Part shown: one piece after another, positions 58,718-64,000 of the stretch
Numbering within the stretch: position 1 is the stretch's first letter
Layout of the letters: the number at the start of each line of letters is the position of its first letter
From: the human T2T-CHM13v2.0 reference genome, Homo sapiens
NCBI RefSeq assembly: GCF_009914755.1
Contig: NC_060936.1
Direction: 5' to 3' (one strand)
Length of the DNA: 64,000 bases
Position numbers and translations under genes: made by a program
The notes under the pieces: generated by a model
Seen by the model: the letters and a program-made list of their open reading frames with translations, nothing else
Database searches by the model: none
What the model was told of the DNA's origin: nothing

Positions 58718-59194
58718 CTGGGGAGAAGGGGAGAAGGGAGAATGGTCTTTTCTTTCTACACGTATACAGGTGCTTCTCTTTTCTTCGCCAAACTCACAGA
58801 GTTGAATTCACATAGGCCACCACACATTTAATGTAATTTCAGTGTTCTGAAGCATGGTCCCAGAACCTAAAAACCTCACATGTGTACAAAGAAGAAGGAA
58901 TTGCTGGTCTTGCATTGGATCTTCAGATGTGTTTCAGGCACCCAAACCAGCTTTGACTAATGACAAAGTACCATCCCATATCATACCCAAGAGTTTAAGT
59001 TGTTGCCAGTGAAGCAAGGGAGCAGGAGGGGAGCAGGTACAACTGTAGGGAATGTATTTATAGAGAAATAAGCTCTAGGGTTGGGCTATATCCTTCAGGG
59101 AAGTCACATATTTGCCTCATGGTTTATGTGCAGGCCTGATTTTGAAACGCAACTCTGCTAATTATCAGCTCTGTGACATGGATACAGTAGTTTA

Positions 59195-60321
59195 TTTCCC
59201 CAAACCCCAGTTTCCTTACCTATAAAATGGACATAGAGCTACTTCACAGCTCGTTAAGAGAATTAAATGTGCTAAGTAATTGTTATAACTTTAAAAAAAT
59301 TTCTTTTAGCATAATTTGGCTCTGTTGTTTTACTTGGTCTTTTAGAAGGAAAAGTTTATTTGAAATAGGGGGAGGAGGATTGTAAGAGGTTTTAGTGAGA
59401 GTTGTTTTAATAAGTTTTTGTATTAATTTTTTGGCACAGGGTATGATGCAGTATTTTATGAGAATAAGTAACTCTATTTTAATGGCTAGAGAGATGAGGA
59501 TTGAGGACATAAGGTTTTTTTATTTACTGAACCAATTTTTTATTAAATTTGTGAAGGGATTGTTTAGTTCAGAATTTTTGGCTAGCTTATTTGATAGGAC
59601 AGTAAGATTCTGTAATGCTTTAGTTATGGTTCCACTGGGAGTAATGTTGTTAGGCATGTAAGTACAGCATTGGGTTTTGATTATGACACAAACTCCACTT
59701 TCTTTTGCTAGTAGTATGTTTAATGCTATTTTAGTTTTCCAGGCCATTTGACTGGCAGGTCCTAATTGTTTAGCTATTTTTTAAAATAGTATTTTTAGTA
59801 TAATTGATAAATCATTGCTGATTGTAATACATGTAATTTATTCAATTTACATTTTTATTTACAGTTAACTATTAGAAGAATGTAGATTCAAATCCATCAG
59901 CTATTTGGTTTTGGGCCTTAAATTTATTTGATACTTTTCTTGGGACTTCAATGGCATTTATATAAATATGAGAATTGAAGAACCTATGGGGGGCCTCTTT
60001 TCTTTGATGATATTTGGTTTTTATTTTTTCTGGTTGATGAAATGCCAGGGTGAAAGGGATGGCCAATTGAATTACAGCACAAATTTTGCTCTAGTTATTT
60101 GGCAGAGTGTTCAGTATTGGTTTATTATAATATTACCACACATCCGCTAGAGGATGGCTAAGGGCAGACTGATGAGTAAGGTTTTGGAAGGGCTAAAGCT
60201 CACTGAGTTTTTGTTAAGGCTCCCAGGAACGCTAAGTTTTTTCCCCAAACCCTAGTTTCCTTACCTATAAAATGGGCATAGAGATACTTCACAGCTTGTT
60301 AAGAGAATTAAATGTGATAAG
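59195..60321 (+). repeat. 82-bp direct repeat (MIR-derived) flanking the env fragment
   Basis: 59195-59276 vs 60240-60321, 77/82 identical. Confidence 0.92.
59277..60239 (-). mobile_element. Class I ERV (HERV-I/HERVIP10-like) env fragment, SU end + TM, pseudogenised
   Basis: AIPFTLAFHQP, NQIADGFES, ISD-like MAWKTKIALNILLAKESG, CX6CC motif CVIIKTQCC, membrane anchor and YCIIPC; many stops. Confidence 0.85.
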
Positions 60322-60669
60322 GTATGGACAGCACTTACTGCAGTAACTGCCACCTAATAGGTTCAATAAATGTTGGTTTCCCAAGGTTCCTCCATGGACC
60401 TCAAAGGGTAAGTCGGCAGAGGTGGTTGAGTGGTTACGGTGATTGCTGATTGACTGTTCATCAGTTGTGTGCTGCAAACATAACTTTCTATCCTAACCTA
60501 GTTAACTGTTACAGATGCGGTGTGGAATAGCAGAATCAGCAATGAGCCTAGGGGACCTGTGTTCAAATCCCAGATTGAAATTTTAATTGTTGTGTAACCT
60601 GTAGCAAGTTATTTACCTTTTCTATATTCCTCCTATTTAATGGGTAATAGGGCTTTGTAGCTGTCGTGA

Positions 60670-61166
<497 letters not shown>

Positions 61167-62479
61167 CTTGAGAGGGATTTTAAATCACTTAGTCTAACCA
61201 TTCATTTAGAGATGAGCTAAAGGAAGTCCAGAGTATTCAAGTAACTTGACTGAGATCACACAGCTAAGTTTGTGGTTATACTTGATTGAGATTTTCAGGT
61301 CTACTAACTTTGGATCTAGATCTGATTTGGTTTTATTTATTTATTTTTTTCTTTCCTTCAAGCATCCATGCACCTAATTTTTTTTTTTTTGATATGGTCA
61401 GACACTTTTCTAATCCCTGGAGATGCACTGGTTGAAAAAGCCAGTGAATGGAGCTTACATCCCAGTGGAAAGGCCTGGCTGCCTTCTAAGGCAAGTGGGC
61501 ACATGTCTCATTTCCACTGTACCCATGAGAAGGGCATTGTCCCACCTGGCCCCTCACCAGCTAAACCTTTTTCCCTGCAGAGCATCAGGGGCACATAGCC
61601 TCTGCATCAGGGCCAGGGGGAGCAAAACCATGTTGAAGAGAGATGAATGAATGTGACAGAAATCTGCCTGTCTTCCTCCATTCTTTAGTTATGAAAGTAA
61701 TCGGGTTCCATTTTTATTTGGAAAAAATGACTGATTGAAAGTGTTTTCTAATCTTGGTTGTGCTTTTCCTTTGGAGTCAGTAGGGTCCAGTAAACATGTG
61801 GATTAATACCAAGCTTATCATTAGAATTGAAGATGCTGCCACTTCCAGAAAGTTTTGTTCCTTGGGGAATAAAAAAAAAGATGAGATTCATTCACTTCTG
61901 AACCCATCTGCAACCATCCAAGCATGGCAGCTGATTTCTAAGGACAGAGCCAAGGAGGGCAGTAAACACTCAGTATTCACCCATCTTTGAGGCGTAAAGG
62001 GGAGTAAAGACTTAGACTGTAGGCCCAGAGCAGACCTCAGCAAGTAAGAACAAGTGATGCTGGCCATTTGGTGTAAGCCTCCACCTTTGCTGATCCCAGG
62101 CTCTAAATAGAATTTGAATGTGGACTCCATCTCTCTGAATTTGCTCCTGCCTTCTTCTGAGTGTTGAAGGATCCTGAACTATCATCTCCGTTTCTCCTTA
62201 AACAACAGCTCCTTAAGTAGCAGGCTTTACTCTTGCAGTTTAGTGTGATACAAGAGTTGGCCTGTTTTTAGTCGGCTTTTGTGCAAATGAGTGCTATGCC
62301 CCAAGCTCTGAAAGGGGAAACGTCACCACTCACAGGTAGCAGAAGGGCAGGCATTTGGAAGGAAGTTAGTATTCAGTGGGGAGGAGCTGGAGTTTTATTT
62401 CTTTTCTTCCACTCATATGACCCTCTTTCTCCCCTCTTTCAGATGCTGTTTGTTTCATACCAGTGTATCTAATTTGCAA

Positions 62480-63450
62480 AAAATATGTAGAACTTATGAA
62501 AGGTTGTTTAGTAGATGGGGGGATAATTGGCTCACTCTATGGAGAAAAAAACAACAAAACTTATCCCTACTTAACACTGTAAAGGAAATAGGACAAAAAA
62601 TGTAGGCGAATATCATGGGAGAGGGATGGGGAAGGATTTCTCATACAAAACTTCAAAAGCATAAAACAAAAAAATTGATGAATTTGATTATATTAAATTA
62701 AGGATTTCTATTCAACAAATACCATGGATACTTTTAATAGACACACAAAGGATCAGAAAAGACCACCACAATGTCTGAAACCAACAAGGGTCTATTATTA
62801 GTCTAGAAAAAGAAGGAACTCCTGAAAATCAACAAGAAAAGTACAGTAACTCCATTAGATAAAAAAGCAAAGAAGTTGAAAAGGCAATTTTCAGAAGAAG
62901 AGTCCTAAAAGGATGCGCAGGCACATGAAGAGATGCTTAATGGCATTAGTAATGAGACTAATGTCAATTAAACAACAATTAGGCATCCCTTTACATTTTT
63001 CAGACTGGAAAAAACAGATAGTGAGGCGATGCCAAGCTTGGGGTTGGGGAAAGGGATGTAGAGATGCAAGGACACTTCTGGAGGTCAATCTGTTCGTGGG
63101 TCTACACCCCAAAGAAACTCTTCTATGGATCCCTAGGTTCTCTGGAGGGAGATCCCTAGGGTCTCTGGAGGGAGGTGGAGGCAATTGGGACAGTATGTAA
63201 GTGAGATATGAGACATCCTGGAGTATGCAGCGGCTAGAAGCAATTGGGGCAGTAGATAAGATTTACAAGAGGGAATTTGGGAGGATCTGAAAAACATAGT
63301 ACTAAGTGAAAAATAAACAGATGAGACCTATACTACAAAAGCATTTGCACACAAAACTATGCATTTTATAAGAATGTATACAAGCAAAGGGCTTCATGTT
63401 AAACAAACTGAAATAGTTAGGATGGGGAACGGGATTGTGGATGAAGAAAA
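62480..63450 (+). mobile_element. Old L1 (L1ME-like) ORF2/3' fragments
   Basis: aaaattgatgaatttgattatattaaattaagg...cacatgaagagatgcttaa. Confidence 0.7.
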
Positions 63451-63929
63451 CAAACTCAGGGGCAAACATGAATGAACTTCAGAAGGCATGTTCTTATTTC
63501 TCAGGACCTGCAGAGAGAGTGGCAGATCCATTAGGGAGGATGGGATGGACAGAACTTCCCGGACACTCAGCTTTAGCGGAATGCCTGACACTCAATAGTT
63601 GCTTAATGTTTCATGAATGACTATGAATACAAGTCCAACTGGTGACATCATCCAGGATTTCACCAATTCCTTGATGTTATTCTCCTGGAAGTCTGAGGCA
63701 GAGGAATCCATGAGTTTGCTTGGCCCAGGGAAGGTAGTAAACTGACCCAATGCTTTGTAACTATTTTCTACAAAAAAGTCCTTTCTACATAAAGTACCAA
63801 ATTACATGTCTAGAAGATACAGTTTGTTCAGTCCTCAGAAAGACACATATAAAAGCTGAAGCTAGATCAGTTGTCTATCCACAGTCTAGCAGCTTATTGG
63901 CACAAGTTCTTCAATAATATTGGTAAGAA

Positions 63930-64000
63930 TTTATTATTATTATTTGAGACAGACTTGCTCTGTTGCCCAGGCTGGAGTGCAGTAGCATGATCTCAGTTCA
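63930..64000 (-). mobile_element. Alu 3' end (runs off window)
   Basis: (TTA)n tail + gagacagacttgctctgttgcccaggctgg. Confidence 0.9.

Noticed and set aside
59283-60066. Domesticated, syncytin-like functional env gene
   Set aside because: Multiple stops, a frameshift, and no signal peptide or promoter

Overview
Human (primate) genomic DNA, recognisable as chr12q15. (1) The complete CCT2 gene (TRiC/CCT beta) is on + with a CpG-island promoter. I rebuilt 16 coding exons by hand; all are GT-AG and total 1608 nt = 535 aa + stop. (2) The single-coding-exon cardiac gene LRRC10 (277 aa) is on -, convergent with CCT2. (3) A minus-strand terminal exon at 58621-58717, missed by the ORF track, that I recognise as the distal alternative last exon of BEST3. 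The rest is repeat-rich intronic/intergenic DNA (about 40 Alus, L1, L2, MIR, MaLR/ERV1 LTRs, DNA-transposon MITEs); nearly all other listed ORFs are repeat-derived or chance. I see no convincing new gene system. Best leads: an LTR-less retroviral env fragment with a strong APOBEC3-type G-to-A signature, flanked by an 82-bp target duplication; a 50-bp locally templated insertion inside an Alu; an overlapping uORF on LRRC10; a PBX/MEIS-motif array in a MER21 LTR; candidate cardiac enhancers and a CTCF site; a possible spliced lncRNA; and Alu-flanked in-frame CCT2 exon blocks. Repeat subfamily names and some boundaries come from visual recognition and are approximate.
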